From positions 29,788-93,787 of the IMG/VR virus record IMGVR_UViG_2974729571_000001: 64,000 nucleotides of DNA. One strand, written 5' to 3'. Below the pieces are notes generated by a model, which did no database searches, was not told where the DNA came from, and saw only the letters and a program-made list of their open reading frames with translations. The first letter of the stretch is position 1. Every line of letters starts with the position of its first letter. Shown piece after piece: positions 20,656-32,900 of the stretch. Source of the stretch: a virus (lineage: Duplodnaviria > Caudoviricetes). A program made the translations under genes and the position numbers.

Positions 20656-23600
20656 ATGCCAAATATATTTGATGATATATCAGTAGAAAAAGCTCCACTA
20701 GACAGTGGGGCTAATTCTGTTAATATGGCTAAAGAAGCTCCTACTGTTACTAAATACAAACTTGATGTAGCTGCACAAGGCGACTTCATGTTTCGTAATC
20801 TTAGTGGTAAAGAAGTCTTTACTGGAACAGAGGAAGATTATCATTCTTTAGCTAAGTATGGTGCTGAACCTAATCGTTATCAAAGTAGAGAAGAATTAGA
20901 AACTCTTCGTGCTAAAAATCAATCAGCTTGGAAACAAGCAGGTAATGCTTTAGGTCAAACTATTGGAACAGTTATAGGAGATACTGTTGGTGGTATAGGT
21001 ATGTTAGTAGATTTAGCTACCGCTGGATTATGGGATGATAAACCGTTTAGTAATCCTATTACTAGAGCAGGTGATGCTATATCTGACTATGTTCGTGATG
21101 ATTTGTTTCCTATATATCGTGAGAATCCTGATAAAGCATTTGATATGAATGACTTTTCGGGTTGGTTCTTTAGTCAAGTTCCAAGTATTGCTAGTTTTTT
21201 ATCTTTAATGGTTCCGGGTGCTTTATTAACTAAAGGAGTTGGAGCTGTTGGTAAAGGTGTTGCAGCATTAGGACGTAGTAGTTCTAAAGTAAGTCGTGCA
21301 ATGAATTGGGCAAAGAAGGCTACTAAATTAGATAATGTATATCGTGCTAATAGATTAAAGATATTAGTTAATGACGGTATTACAGCTATTGGTATGCGTT
21401 TAGGTGAGAATTATCAAGAAGCTCGTGGTGTTGCAGAACAGATAGAAGGTGAAGCATTGTCTCTATTTACTGGAATGTCTGACGAAGAGTTTCAGAATTG
21501 GTTAGATAATAATCCCGATATTGCAAATGAGACTAAAGGTAGAACTAAAGAAGAAGCCGCTCTTATAGTTGCAGATAAGGCAGCTATGCGTAACTTTGGT
21601 TATAACGCAGGTAACGTATTCTTTGATTTCATGCAGTTACGTGCTGTTAATAAAGCAATAGGACAAGTCAATCGTGCTATTACTCCACGTATTCGTTATT
21701 CACAGAATCAAGCTCTTGATAGAATAGCTTCTACTGGAATTGAATCTACTAGTCAAACACTTGGACAGGCAGCTAAAGGAACTATTAAAGATTTCGCAGG
21801 AAAGATAAATAGACTTATTAATTCTAGTGAGATTCTTTTGTTATCTGAATTATCAGAAGGTATTGAAGAAGCAATAAACTACGTAGGTCAAGAAGAAGGT
21901 ACTTTATACGGTCGTTATTTATTAGGTCAAGCTGGACAATATAATGGTGCTGTTTCTATGGATAGAATAGAGAAGTACTTACAGAATCCTCAATTATATA
22001 ATGCTGCACTTTGGGGAGTTATTGGCGGTATTACTTTTGGCGGTACTATGTCAGCCATTAATAATCGTAAAGGTGGTAATGTAGAAGAGGAACAACGTAT
22101 TGCTGAAATAAATGGTCGTGAACAGGTATTCAATGAGTATGCTCGTCAGATGCAGATTATTGATAATGGTGAAAATCCATATCAAATAGAACGTGATGCT
22201 AATGGTAATCCTATTACTTATTTAGATGACGGTACTGTTAGTCAAGACCCAACAGTTGGTACTACTCGTTATAGTAAGGTTAGTCCCGAAGAACAAGAAG
22301 ATTTACGTGCTGCTGCTAAAGAGAAGTTTACTACTACTCTTACTTTAAATGCTATTCGTTCAGGTAATTATGAACTACTTGAAGATTATATTGAAGACCC
22401 TAGACTAAAGAAGAAACTAGTTGATTCAGGTCTTGTAGATGATGCTGAATACGATAGAGATACGCAAGAATTAAAGAAAACTATGCGTACTGTTCTTGAT
22501 AGATACGTTAATTATTCTACTGCATTACGAAGTGCTAATATTGATGATGCTTTACTAGATGTTGCTATATCAGAGAATATAGTTAATGCACAAGAAGCAG
22601 ACTTATTAAATAAACGAGTAGAAAGACTTAATACTATTCAATCTCAATTAGAGAATAGCATACCGGCTATTAATGAAGTTCTTGACCCAATGGCTAAGAA
22701 TCGTATGCAATTAGGTATATTAGAACAGTATCGTAGAGAAGTAATGTCTGCTTATAATAGTCTAAAGAATAGTAAAAATCCTTTAGATAGAGCACAAGCT
22801 AGTCAATATCTTGATTTATCACGAGTAATCGAATCTAAGGTTACAGACTTACGAAGAGGTTTAAATCCTATGGAAAGTTTGTTCCTAGATAATGTTCGTA
22901 GTGTAGAGAATATTGCATTAGGAATAGAAGGTAGCGAAGAACAGAATAACTTAATCAAGAAACAAATAGAAGAACTTGATGAAAATGATGTGGCTCTGTT
23001 TAAACAGGCAGGTAAAGACTTTAATCTTGGTACTCTTGCTAAACAAGTTCGTAATATTAATTCAGAGTATATGGATAATATGGGACAGATACTTCTTGAT
23101 GAAATTCGTAGAGATAATTATCGTTCTCGTATTATTACTACTAATGAACAAGCTAAGGAATTTGAAGATACTTGTAAGAAAGAATTAGAAGATGCAGCTA
23201 AGAATCTAGTTAAGTCAGCAAAGAAGAATCTTAATGACTTTGTTAATATGGCTAATGAAGAAGAGCTTGGTAATCTTGAGAAAGCACTAGATAATGCGTT
23301 TACTGATGAAGAAAGTCAGAATACTAGCAATAAGAGTTTATCTAATGCTGTTAGTATTTTAACTAATTCAGAGAATGGTAAGAAAGATATAGCGTCTTTA
23401 AGAGAAGCTATTACTAAGAGAAGAAATAGTCTTGCTGCACAAAGTCAGGCACAGCAACAGAATGGGAATAATCAGCGACAAGACTCCTCTACGGGGGAAG
23501 CGAGGAGCGAAGCGACGAGGCAAGAAGAACCAGAGGTTAAGCCTATTCCAAAACCTAAACCAAAGACTGCTAAAGAGAAGAAGTTAAAAGAGACATTAGA

Positions 23601-26600
23601 TAAAGTAGTATCTAAAGCTAATTCAGGTGTTGTAAATAAAGCTAATATTAATAACTTAGAATTTACAATAGTAAAACCTTTTGCTAGTTTAGGAGATGTT
23701 AGTAGAAAACCAGTTAAAGTAAGTGCAATAGACGTACGTGTTAGTAAATTTGGCAATGTTAGTATTGATGGAATGGATACCAAAGGTAATATCATTGCTG
23801 ATGTTACTATTGATGAACTAAATGCCGCTATTGCTATCGGAGATATTACTTATGTAGATACTAGTAAATCTGATGAATCTACTTCTTCCGATACTAACGT
23901 TCTTGAATCATCTATATCTGATAATGACTTAGAAGGTCAACGCCAACGTATAGAAGAGATAAATTTAATTATAGATTTATATAATCAAATACAAGGTAAT
24001 CAGATAGAAGGTAAGACATTTACTAGTCTTAATGATATGATGATTTATCTACAACAGTTAAATCCTAGAGCTGTTAGTTTGTATAATGATATTAAGATTC
24101 TAGCTAATCGTCAAATAGTAGACGGTAAGATAGTTAATGTTGATGAAGAGATTAAAACTCCTTCTGATATTATACAAGAAGCAAGTAAGACTTTAGATAA
24201 AGCTGTTGCAGAAGATAAACAGAATAGTAAAGACAATGGTTATTTCTTTAATCTAGTTAATCTAAATGATAGTAAGGTTTATTCTCGTATTGGTCAATTA
24301 AAAACTAATGATACAGTAAGCGTAGAACTAGATGAAAATGATAATCTTATTGTTAAGTCTCGTGGAATTAAGATAGGTGAGTTTCCTAAGATTGGTTATA
24401 ATAATGGTAATGTTGAAGTTATGAATCAAGGTTGGAGATATACTGTTAGAAACGATAGTATAGATTTCATAACTCAACTTCAATCTATTATTGCTAGTGA
24501 AGAACCTAGTGCTAAAGAATTTGTACAATTACTTAATAATATACGTCGTCTATATCGTGTTCGTAATAATCCCGAAGTTGAGGGAACATTCGGACATCAA
24601 CTTAATGCTTTACAAGAGAATGAACATTGGAAGAACTTAACTAGTTTGTTTGGCGATACTCAAACTAATCTATTAGATAGGATTAAACATCTTAATAATA
24701 TTATATTCTTTAATAATGCTCTTAATGTTAATCAGTCTAACTTTAGTACCATTGTTAATGAATCATTAACTAATTGGATGAATAAACTCAAGAAGTCTTA
24801 TACTGACATTAATAACTTAAAGTCCTCTATTAGTAATACTAAGTCTAAAAAGAAACGTCTAGTTGTTGGTCGTACAAGTTCAGGTAGTGTTATTTATGCT
24901 AGAGATAAACAAGGTAATCCTATATATCGTAAGTTTGGAGACGTAGCTACTAGTGAATCTACTGACGGTTATCGTCTAGTAGTAGGAGTTGACGGAGGAG
25001 TTGCCGATATTAAATCTAATAGTATTATTGCTGCTAGTCGTATTCCTATAGGTGTAGTTGGTATGACTATTAAAGATTCAGAAGGCAGACTTATTGCTGT
25101 TACTAGTCGTGAAAATACTATGAGTAATAGTGAAACAGAAGCTACTGAATATACTAAAAGGTTTAACGAAGGATTAGATAAATTATTCCATTCATTAGTA
25201 GATGCTACTCTACAAGGAAATACTGATTTACATCAACAACTATTAGATGAAATATCTAAATACGTAGGTAAGCAAAAAGCTCTTTATGGTTATGAAGTTG
25301 TAGGTCGTGCATTTCGTCCTCTTAATAAGATTGGAGCTACTATTTACTTTAACGTTGCTGATAGAAACGTAGCATTTGCTATACCTGGCGAAACTAAACC
25401 TAGAAGACTTATGGCTCGTATGCCTAATGGTTTTGTTCCTACTAATAATCATGGTAACTTTAGCACTATGATGGAAGGAGTATATGCTACATTAACTCGT
25501 AATGTTATTAATTCAGCTATTCGTGGTGAATCTAATTTATTTAGAATGGTAGACGGTAAACTACAAGCTAAGATACCTAATATACTTCAAGATGAATGGA
25601 TGGACACAGGTTACAGTAGTTATGAAGAGTTCGTAGCTAAAGACGGAGTATTAGTTACAGACTTAGGTAATGTTACTGACAGTAAAGGTAATATTATTAG
25701 TAACTTTAATTATGTAGGAGATGTATATAATCGTAATATTACTCTTATGAATCCTAGTCGTAGTACTGGTCGTACTAACGCGGCTGACGCCGCTGTTTCC
25801 CCCATAGAGGGGCAACAAGTTGTATCTCCTATTGCTACACCTGACCCACTTGCTAGTCAAGATAGTACTTCTCAAGTAGGTACTCTTATGGAAGTTGCGC
25901 AAGCTAATACTAGTAATCCTAATCTATTATCTGTTGTTTCGGCATTAGAATCTGCTGGCATTGCTCTTAATCCTGATATTGAAATAGTAGGTGAAAAAGG
26001 TAGATTTGCAGGAATAGTTGCTGGTGGTAATACTATTACTCTTAGTAATCGTTTTAATAGTCTTGCTCCTGAACGTAGAGTTCTTACTCTTATACATGAA
26101 GGTGTACATTATCTACTTAATGATGAACGTGCTAATATAGAACAATCATTCGGAGACTTATATGATAAGTTTGCTAACTTTATTAATCAAGATTCTCGTC
26201 TAGTAGATGAGTATGGAGATTTCTTAAATAGTAGTAAACCTAGAGCTGTTGCTATTGAAGAGTTTGTAGTCGAAGCTATTACTAATCGTACATTTGCTAG
26301 ATTACTAGCTAGAATTAAGTATGATTCTAATCCTACTACTGAATCAAATAACCTGTTTACTAAAATAGTAGATGCTTTAGTAGAATTAATAGGTAAGATA
26401 GGACAAATAGATAATACATTACTTGGAGAAGTTCGTAATCGTTTATCTACTATTGGATTAGAAACTAGTGATACAGCTAGTACTTCTACTGTTACTTATG
26501 ACGATACTTTTGATAGAGCAGAGGAAGATGTTAGCGTTCCTACTGATGATGTATTTGATATTCCTGATATAGACTTAGATTTAGATAGTAGTATAAGTGA

Positions 26601-26715
26601 TAACTACCGTCAAGTCGATAATTTCGATAGTCTGATTGAGGGATTGAATAATCGACAAAAGGCTATTGTGACGCATTTGTTTGACACTGGTGAGCTTAGT
26701 TTTGTATGTAGTTAA
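20656..26715 (+). CDS. Giant ejection protein with N-terminal TM segments, coiled coils and a C-terminal zincin metallopeptidase
   Basis: 2019 aa. TLIHEGVHYLL (HEXXH, 26095-26109) followed by EEFVVEA; hydrophobic Gly/Ala helices near the N-terminus. Confidence 0.75.
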   Translation: MPNIFDDISVEKAPLDSGANSVNMAKEAPTVTKYKLDVAAQGDFMFRNLSGKEVFTGTEEDYHSLAKYGAEPNRYQSREELETLRAKNQSAWKQAGNALGQTIGTVIGDTVGGIGMLVDLATAGLWDDKPFSNPITRAGDAISDYVRDDLFPIYRENPDKAFDMNDFSGWFFSQVPSIASFLSLMVPGALLTKGVGAVGKGVAALGRSSSKVSRAMNWAKKATKLDNVYRANRLKILVNDGITAIGMRLGENYQEARGVAEQIEGEALSLFTGMSDEEFQNWLDNNPDIANETKGRTKEEAALIVADKAAMRNFGYNAGNVFFDFMQLRAVNKAIGQVNRAITPRIRYSQNQALDRIASTGIESTSQTLGQAAKGTIKDFAGKINRLINSSEILLLSELSEGIEEAINYVGQEEGTLYGRYLLGQAGQYNGAVSMDRIEKYLQNPQLYNAALWGVIGGITFGGTMSAINNRKGGNVEEEQRIAEINGREQVFNEYARQMQIIDNGENPYQIERDANGNPITYLDDGTVSQDPTVGTTRYSKVSPEEQEDLRAAAKEKFTTTLTLNAIRSGNYELLEDYIEDPRLKKKLVDSGLVDDAEYDRDTQELKKTMRTVLDRYVNYSTALRSANIDDALLDVAISENIVNAQEADLLNKRVERLNTIQSQLENSIPAINEVLDPMAKNRMQLGILEQYRREVMSAYNSLKNSKNPLDRAQASQYLDLSRVIESKVTDLRRGLNPMESLFLDNVRSVENIALGIEGSEEQNNLIKKQIEELDENDVALFKQAGKDFNLGTLAKQVRNINSEYMDNMGQILLDEIRRDNYRSRIITTNEQAKEFEDTCKKELEDAAKNLVKSAKKNLNDFVNMANEEELGNLEKALDNAFTDEESQNTSNKSLSNAVSILTNSENGKKDIASLREAITKRRNSLAAQSQAQQQNGNNQRQDSSTGEARSEATRQEEPEVKPIPKPKPKTAKEKKLKETLDKVVSKANSGVVNKANINNLEFTIVKPFASLGDVSRKPVKVSAIDVRVSKFGNVSIDGMDTKGNIIADVTIDELNAAIAIGDITYVDTSKSDESTSSDTNVLESSISDNDLEGQRQRIEEINLIIDLYNQIQGNQIEGKTFTSLNDMMIYLQQLNPRAVSLYNDIKILANRQIVDGKIVNVDEEIKTPSDIIQEASKTLDKAVAEDKQNSKDNGYFFNLVNLNDSKVYSRIGQLKTNDTVSVELDENDNLIVKSRGIKIGEFPKIGYNNGNVEVMNQGWRYTVRNDSIDFITQLQSIIASEEPSAKEFVQLLNNIRRLYRVRNNPEVEGTFGHQLNALQENEHWKNLTSLFGDTQTNLLDRIKHLNNIIFFNNALNVNQSNFSTIVNESLTNWMNKLKKSYTDINNLKSSISNTKSKKKRLVVGRTSSGSVIYARDKQGNPIYRKFGDVATSESTDGYRLVVGVDGGVADIKSNSIIAASRIPIGVVGMTIKDSEGRLIAVTSRENTMSNSETEATEYTKRFNEGLDKLFHSLVDATLQGNTDLHQQLLDEISKYVGKQKALYGYEVVGRAFRPLNKIGATIYFNVADRNVAFAIPGETKPRRLMARMPNGFVPTNNHGNFSTMMEGVYATLTRNVINSAIRGESNLFRMVDGKLQAKIPNILQDEWMDTGYSSYEEFVAKDGVLVTDLGNVTDSKGNIISNFNYVGDVYNRNITLMNPSRSTGRTNAADAAVSPIEGQQVVSPIATPDPLASQDSTSQVGTLMEVAQANTSNPNLLSVVSALESAGIALNPDIEIVGEKGRFAGIVAGGNTITLSNRFNSLAPERRVLTLIHEGVHYLLNDERANIEQSFGDLYDKFANFINQDSRLVDEYGDFLNSSKPRAVAIEEFVVEAITNRTFARLLARIKYDSNPTTESNNLFTKIVDALVELIGKIGQIDNTLLGEVRNRLSTIGLETSDTASTSTVTYDDTFDRAEEDVSVPTDDVFDIPDIDLDLDSSISDNYRQVDNFDSLIEGLNNRQKAIVTHLFDTGELSFVCS

Positions 26716-26735
26716 GTAAGATAAGCCTAGAGACG

Positions 26736-26798
26736 AAAGTCCGGCAGAGAGCCTTAGAATGAGCCATTTTAAGCGCATCTGCCGGACTTTTATATTTT
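26736..26798 (+). terminator. 13-bp inverted repeat / probable terminator
   Basis: AAAGTCCGGCAGA (26736-48) and TCTGCCGGACTTT (26778-90), followed by TATATTTT. Confidence 0.55.
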
Positions 26799-26911
26799 CC
26801 TTATCTTACTATCACGACAGCATATAAAATGCGAAATTCGGCAGGAATTTGCGGTCTACGGGCATCCGTCCGCCTTCGTAACGTGCGGTTTTCGTCCGTC
26901 TAATAAATCTA

Positions 26912-26942
26912 TTTGATAGTATTGATAATAATGTTATCTTTG
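26912..26942 (+). promoter_or_regulatory. Consensus Bacteroidota promoter upstream of the virion RNAP gene
   Basis: TTTG-N19-TATCTTTG, a full -33/-7 match 38 nt before the ATG. Confidence 0.8.
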
Positions 26943-26980
26943 GTAATGTTAGTAATTACTTAATTAATAATATAAAGTAT

Positions 26981-29900
26981 ATGAGTTGTACTCCTAGTAA
27001 TCCTAAATTAGATAAGCTATTAGAGCTTACTAATAATGATGTTAGAAAATCTACTGAATACCTTGCTACTATCGAAGACAATAGTTTTCGTGATTGGTAT
27101 AAAGAAAAGACTGGTAGAGATTTTAATGATGAGAATATTGATACTAATACTGTTAATGCTATAATAGCATATAATAACAGAGAGACTATCAATACTAAAG
27201 ATTATGTTCAGAACGTTCGTACTTCACGGACTGGTGTATTTGGTAATGACATAGCGAAAGAAGACCACGCTATTAATATTCTTGCTACTATTTATTTAAA
27301 GAGTCAAGGAAGTATTCGTAAAGCTCTTGCTAATAAAAAACGTAAGGGTGAAAGCGAAGTAATAAAGGATAAAGCCGGTAATGAGTTAAGTCCTCAATCC
27401 GCTATAAAGCTGACTATGATTACTTATCTTAATAGACATCTGAAAGAGAATGATAAAAAACTTACTCAGGAACAAAAGGCTTATGTAGGTACTATTATTC
27501 GTAATCTTTACGATGGTGGTAATTATAATCGTAATGAGTTATTTGATATAGTAATTAACTCACCGGAAGTAGTTAGTCTTAGCAAAGAATTTGGCATAGA
27601 TACTAATGAAGACTATGAAGCTAGCGATGATGTTAAAGAAGATAGTGAACAGAACTCTCGTCAAGATGACCAAGAAACTATTGCAGCTCTTCGTGCTGAT
27701 TGGTCTGAATTATCTGACCAACGAAAAGATATAGATAAAAATGTTAGCAAAGAAGTAAAAGAATGGTTTGCTCGTTTACCTAAAACAAATAGTAATAGTT
27801 TTATAAATGAACAACCTGATACTTCTAATAATACTTATTCAGGCATGGCTGAAAGTGCTACTTTTTCTAGTTCTTTTAAAGCTATTAATAACTATGGTAA
27901 TTTCTCTAGTGTTGAAGCTATGGTAGAAAGTTTCCATACTATTGCTGCAAGATTTAAAGAAGTATCTCATTTAGAATATGCTGCACGTTTACTAGAAGAC
28001 GAAGCTAATGTTCAAATGAGAAATAAGATATTTACTCAACTAAAACAATCTATTTGGGAACGTAATGAAGTAGTTTATAGTCAAGACGGTTCTAATGTGG
28101 TTACTAAGAATCGTAATACTTTTCCTAAACTTAATCTACAAAACAAAATACTTAATAGTTTCGATTCACTTATTCACAATCCTTCTATTATGGCTAATGA
28201 TATTGCCGTATTAGACGAACTTAAAAACAGATTATCTACACTAAAAAATTCTAACACAAATGAAATCCAAGAAATTACGGAGCAAATTGCTGCAATTTTT
28301 AATAAGTATAACTTCGGCATCAATAGACAGGGTGTTGTTAACTACGTTCGTAACTTCGGTGATAACCAACTTTCTAATATCTCTTCTATTGTCGATGATT
28401 TGCTAGAGTTCAATAAAGTAGTAGGTAAGGCGACTAATCTATTAAAGATAGATAATGAAGCACAACGTATCTATTATGCAAGTGAATATGCTAAAACTAA
28501 AGAGAACGAAGAATATGTGGTAGTTCCTTTTGATAAATCTCAACTACAATACAAAGGTGGTTATGCTAATAATATAGCCAATCGTATATCTAATAGATTT
28601 AAAGATTATCAGATAGTAGATTCTGAATTTAATAGTATTAATGCAGAGAACAATCTAGTTAGTGATATTTTAAAGAACAACTATATAAGTAAGTTCTTTG
28701 AAAGAATTAACGATAATCGTTATAATGATAATCCTGTTAGTAATACCGAACTACGTGATTACTTAGTTAAATTTGCTAATATTCCTCAATACAGATATAG
28801 TAATATTCTTATTGAGAAAACTTTGTCTAATGGAAAGATAGTCCCAGGTTTACTTCGTCTTACAGATACTGGTTATGAACTAACTGAATATTATCGTGAA
28901 TTTGGCGCACAACTATATAATGGAGTTAGTAACAAAGTAACAGGAAAGGCTAAATCTTATAAAGATATTAATGCTCTTGAATGGGATATTATTACGCTTA
29001 ATGAATACGCTAATAATGGTGACAATTATGAGATGACTAAAGGAGTTAAGAAATCTAAGTTCTTTACTCAAACACCTTCTGATGCACCTAAGACTTTCGT
29101 ATTTAATAGTTATAAGTTAGATTATACTGGACTATTTAATGCTAACGGCTCTATTAATCGTGGACATCCTATATATGTAGCTTATGCTAATATTTATGCT
29201 AAAGAACTTGCAGAAATGACGCAAGCTATTAACTTCTTATTTGAGACAACTGTTGAGAATGGAGTAGTAACTATCGTATCTGATGAAAATGGTAAACCTA
29301 AGATAAAAGAAGAGTTTAAAGATTTACGTAAATCTGAAGCTAGACTTAACTATCATTATCGTAAAGGTATTCTTGATTCAAATGGTGTTCCTACTGGTAA
29401 TGTATTTAAGTTTAGAAGTCTACTTATTGATAAAGTTAAGAACCTTAATAAGTATAATAGTGAGACAGCTAAAACGGTAGATATGAATTGGCTATTTGAA
29501 GGAGGTGATGTATTCTCACTCCTTTATGGGGGAAAGAATAGTGAAATATCATTGATACAAGACGAGAATGGAGAATATAATATTAGACTTACTGGTGAAC
29601 TTCGTAATTCAGTTTATAATTATATAGATAATTATATTAATTATAGAATACAAGAAGCTGTTGCTAAATACAGTTCTAATAAAGAGTTTGTAGATAGATA
29701 TAAGAACGCTAGTCAAGAATCATTTAATGCTTTTATTGCAGAAATGGTACTTAACTATGAGATTCAATATAACAATCTTAATGATATGTTCTTTGGAGAT
29801 GAAGCATATTATAAAGATTCTCGTGATACAATTAAACGTAATAAAGAATATCAAGCCGGAGGATTAGCTTATGCAGGTTATGACTTATACAATGTACAGA

Positions 29901-32900
29901 AGCATTTGGGAGATATAGTAGTTTCTCCTAATAAGACTATTAGTGTAGATAGTAGTTTTAAATATATTACTCTTGAAGATGTTCAAAGCAAAGGTGGAGT
30001 TATTGAAGATTTAAAGAAACAATTAAAGATAGCTAAAGTATCTAAAGAGACAGAAGCATTTGTACTTAAACAGTTTGCTAAAGATAAATCAGAAGTAACT
30101 GATGCTCAATCGTTCATAACCTTAGACGAATTTGTTCGTAGAATATATCTACGTGGCGAGTATGATAATTATAAAGACTTAATTGAAGCTCTTTATGATG
30201 AAAGTAAACCTATTGATAATGTTAAGTTAGGAGAATTATCTAAGAAAATACAAGTTCAAAAGAACTTCTATTATGATTTAGAAATAGATAATGATGCTAA
30301 ATTAGCTAATCCTATTCAGATTAAAAATGCTGAATTTGTACTCATACCTAGATTTTTAGGTAATAGTGAACTTGGTTTACTTGCTAAATATATGACTGAT
30401 AATAATATTGGTCAGGTAAACTTTACTACTACCGAAAAGGCTACAACTAATAGAGTATTAGAGTTTTGGGATGCTCATGGAAAATTCCCCTCTAAAGAAA
30501 GGTTGAAACAGTTTAACTTGGATATCCAAACTAAGTATAAAACTGGTTGGTATTCCAATCTTTATACCCAGCAAGATATTCCTCAACACATGGATGGTGA
30601 GAATAAAGCTGGATTGCAGATAGTTAAGAAACTAATTGATAATATAGGTAATACTCCCGAAGGACAATCTCTTATTAAAGATTTCTTTGATAACTTTACC
30701 GCTAATATTCAAGATAGCTTTAAAGATGCGGCATCTCGTATTGGAGTTAGTATTGACGCTAGAGGTAACGTAGTATATGAAGAAGGAAAAGTTAAGATTG
30801 ATAATAATCAATTTATAGCACTTATTAAAGACGAGTTAACTCGTAGAGGATTAGATAGTAATTATCGTAAATATGCCGAAATCAATCCTGAAACTGGATT
30901 GCCTTATATGCCTGCATGGACTAACTTAGTTCGTAGTAAGATAGAAAACATTGTAAATAGTATATTTACTAATCGTGTTACTCGACAAGTACTTCCTGGT
31001 TTTCATGCTAGTCAAATATCAGATGTTGGTATAACAGCTTTATCTGGTCGTACAGATTTAAGAGATTTAATGCAATCAAAAGTAGAAGAGAAGCACGGAT
31101 ATAGTCTAGGACGTAAACTTACTTATCATAAAGACGGAAGTCAAATAGTAGAAATACTATTACCTAAATGGATGGTTAAGGCTTATAATACTTATGATAA
31201 TGAAGGCAATCTTGTACATGAAGTAACTTTAGAGGACTTACAAAATGCTGGATTAGATACTATGATTGGTTATCGTATTCCAACAGAAGGTAAACAATCT
31301 ATTGCTGTTATGAAAGTAGTAGGTTTGTTAGATGAATCTCAAGGTTCTACTATTGTAGTTCCTGATGAATGGGTATTACAGACTGGTGCTGACTTTGATA
31401 TTGATAGTATTTATGGTATATATCATACAGCTTATTTCGATAGAAATGGTAAACCTCATAAGGTCGAATATATAGATGGAGAAGATGAAGTAAGTACTTA
31501 TCGCAGATATATTGGTTATATAAATTCTTTAATAGATAAAGAAACTCGTAAAGCTACTAATTCTGAATTTACTAAAGAAGAATTTAAAGAAGCTCGTAAA
31601 GCTGCAAGAGAAACTGTTCGTAAAGCTAATGAAGAATATGATAAATTCTTAATTGACCAAGTTAGAGATTTAATAGCTGAAACAGATGAAACATGGGCTG
31701 AGCTTCCAAGAGAAATAAAAGATAATCTTACTATTACTTTTAAATCAAAAGAATTAAAGTTTGGTGAAAGAGTAGACGTTATTGTAAGTAAGATGGACTT
31801 TTATGAAAGTGAATATGCTAATGATGAATATGTTGCTAAGTTTGCACAACAGTATCGTAATATTCAATCTGTTATTAATGAACAAAGAGAATTTTATCAA
31901 AATGTAAAAGATAACGCTGAACAACTAGCTATTGATTATGCTGATGAAACTCGTAGAGCTAGATTAGAACAAACTATTCAAGCAAGAGCTGAAATAGTAG
32001 GAGCTATGTCTCTTGAAGAATTTAGTCAATTAACAGTAGCTCAACAAAATACTCGTGATGCTCGTAACAATAAAATAGTAGATACATTTATTAATATAAT
32101 GAATCTACCAGTATCTATTGGTGAGAACTTATCGTCTAGTAATTTTGAAGATATTAAAGCTGCAAAGAGTAATATCTTTGAAGGTTTGTCAGAGACTTAT
32201 CGTAATATTAATTCAGTAATTGCTCAAAATTGGTATCGTGATGCTAATATGTCCGGTGCACGTCTTAAAGCTATTTCTGTTAATCGTGACAACTTTGCCT
32301 CTATTAGTAATAAAGCTAAGACTATTATTGACGGTGCTTATGGTGGTTTTAGGTTTGTATATACATATAATACAGAGAAAGAAGCCAAAGACGCTCAAGC
32401 AAAATTAAGAAAACGTTTCAGAGACGTAACTAGAAGTGGAAAAGAAGTAATGGTAGACCATAATCAGTTAGGTTGGAGTTACGATAATCTTAATATAGAT
32501 AATCGTTTAATTACTCCTTACTCTTCTGAAACTACTGCACTTATTCTTGACGGTGTAAAAGAAGGTGGTGTACCTAATGTTGATTTATATACTTTCGATG
32601 TATATAAGTCTATTGTTGATTGTGGTGCAAACTATGAAACTTCTATCTTATTCGTTAATCAACCTGTAATAACCGAACTTATTGCTAGACAAAATGCTAA
32701 TGATAATGTATTCGGTGAAACTGGATTTAATCCCCTTATAGGATTGAGACGAGATATGTATATAAGATTGGCTAAGACTGTTGGTATTCCAGCTAATAGT
32801 ATTACTAAGAAAACTCGTCTTAAAGATGTTAAAGCAATGCTTGAAGCTAGAGGAGTAACTATCAATGAAGATGAATTACTCGAAGAAGGAATACGAGTAA

